A stretch of 61,923 nucleotides of DNA, the filler included, from a candidate division TA06 bacterium SM23_40 (lineage in GTDB: Bacteria; LJUI01; SM1-40): assembly GCA_001303705.1 (NCBI GenBank). It is 4 parts of 4 records of this genome, joined end to end, with 100 filler letters (N's around TTAATTAATTAA, not from the genome) between each part and the next. Parts side by side here need not be neighbours in the genome. Positions count along the whole stretch, not along the records: positions 52,636 to 61,923 come from LJUI01000098.1; 3 more parts are not named here. One strand, 5' to 3'. A program made the position numbers and the translations under genes. This document shows, one piece after another, positions 60,658 through 61,923 of this stretch (position 1 is its first letter; each line of letters begins with the position of its first letter). The notes beneath the pieces were generated by a model. The model saw nothing but the letters and a program-made list of their open reading frames with translations, was not told the DNA's origin and did not search any database.

Positions 60658-61193
60658 TATATAACTTTCGTCATATGGATATCGTCGGGTTCCAGTGCAT
60701 AGAGCTCTCCATTCACTTTCGCGGCGAGCTCGAACCCCTGACTCAGGTAGAAACCCACCGCTGACTCGGAGGGTGTGGCGGAAACATACATCATCGTTGA
60801 ACCCCTCTCCTTTGCCATTCGGATCATCTCCTCCGTCAACTCCGCACCGATCCCTTGCCTACGATACCCATCGCTGACATGCAATAATGCCAGCTGTGAC
60901 ATCCCTGGCTCCAGGTCATAGCGCAAAATTGCCAGTCCTACAAGCTTATCTTCCACAAACGCCCCGAGAAGCGCGCCGCCCTCCTCCAGGACAGGCGTGA
61001 ACTGTCGGATCAGACGATGGATACTGTGTGCTTGAGAAGGATCCCGAGACCAGTTCGGAACGTGACAATCGATCTTCCGTGCGTGCAGGCTCCTGTCTTT
61101 GTACACGTACTCGAGCGTTACGTGCTCAGATCGATCGATCTCTACGAGTCTGCTGATATCTGAGTGCGGCAGCTGCCGTATGTGGGTAACCAT
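60657..61193 (-). CDS. GNAT N-acetyltransferase
   Basis: LHVSDGYRRQGIG, YVSATPSESAVGFY. Confidence 0.9.
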   Translation of the reverse strand: MVTHIRQLPHSDISRLVEIDRSEHVTLEYVYKDRSLHARKIDCHVPNWSRDPSQAHSIHRLIRQFTPVLEEGGALLGAFVEDKLVGLAILRYDLEPGMSQLALLHVSDGYRRQGIGAELTEEMIRMAKERGSTMMYVSATPSESAVGFYLSQGFELAAKVNGELYALEPDDIHMTKVI

Positions 61194-61267
61194 GCCTCGA
61201 ATCTACTTCCGCTGTGTGGTGAAGGGGGACGCCGGCAAAATGTGGGAGGTCTTGTCAACGGATTCAT

Positions 61268-61741
61268 TTAGTTGCCCGCCGCTCTCTCTATCATGGCCAG
61301 CGTGACGCCCGACGGTTCATTGAAAAGGCAAATGCGGGAACCACCTGGTATCTCTGAGGGCGGTTCAACGATATGACCACCAAACTTCTCGATCTGCTTC
61401 ACCTTCGAATCGATGTCATCAACTTGTATGTAGATCGTGAGAAATGGCAATCTCGCCTTTTTCAGGGTGAATACTCCACCAGCGAGTCCTGATGCAGGTT
61501 GGCCGGTTGACACGATGTAGAAGCCCACCCTTTCGTCGAACTCGATATTCCAGTCAAATACTTCCCTCAAGAAATCGACTGATTTCTCGGCATCATGGGA
61601 TGCGATCTCCCAGAAGACGATCGGATTCGTCGGCATCTCTCCTCCTTCCTCGACCGGCACATCGCCCTCTTCTGCCCTGATGGTCCACGCAAGACCGACA
61701 CAGACTAGAACGGCCAGAATAGACCACATGTGACTCTTCAT
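61268..61741 (-). CDS. VOC/glyoxalase family protein with signal peptide
   Basis: IVFWEI, FLREVFDW, YIQVDDID, FNEPSG. Confidence 0.85.
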   Translation of the reverse strand: MKSHMWSILAVLVCVGLAWTIRAEEGDVPVEEGGEMPTNPIVFWEIASHDAEKSVDFLREVFDWNIEFDERVGFYIVSTGQPASGLAGGVFTLKKARLPFLTIYIQVDDIDSKVKQIEKFGGHIVEPPSEIPGGSRICLFNEPSGVTLAMIERAAGN

Positions 61742-61923
61742 TGTGGGCCTCCTTTCAAGCTGATGCTTCGGCCCCCATACTACCCGAAATCAGTTTTTCG
61801 ATCAACATAGAGTGTATTGCGGGTGCGGATTGTGATTGTGGGTAGATTTTTGTTGCATTCTTTTGGGCTGCCCTTTCTAATGCATGTTTATCGACATACA
61901 TCTAAAGGAGGGCCTCCCATGAC

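Overview
A 61.9-kb window of a GC-rich, diderm, anaerobic bacterium (LolA, ADP-heptose enzymes, HdrA/MvhD; probably an uncultured-lineage MAG, which is inference). It is four contigs joined by artificial 100-nt N44-TTAATTAATTAA-N44 linkers (1-29112, 29213-43029, 43130-52535, 52636-61923), so adjacency across linkers is meaningless. Contig 1: rpoE/anti-sigma/DegP-like, rfaE1/rfaE2, thi4-hypothetical-thiE, hdrA-like/mvhD preceded by (GA)17 and four 22-bp direct repeats, an MNT-HEPN pair with a doubly frameshifted HEPN, and a NifB/NifX-DUF5320-IscU-MinD/ferredoxin-Mrp cluster. Contig 2: antiporter/PTS IIA, radical SAM, a corA relic, octaheme HAO-like cytochrome, arsM, rimO-lolA-ftsK-comB. Contig 3: the yceD-rpmF-plsX-fab-rnc operon and a second hdrA-like gene. 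Contig 4: groEL 3' end, tRNA-Asp, then an accessory region. The best candidate for an undescribed system is 57036-61741: co-oriented cassette-like cargo genes (C45 hydrolase, methyltransferase, gamma-CA plus GNAT, VOC) separated by direct copies of a non-attC repeat (core GGGGACGTTGGTAGGTTCTGAAGGTT; two 78-bp copies are 67/78 identical). No recombinase is visible in the window. Several frameshifts (ftsK, HEPN, radical SAM) may be assembly errors.
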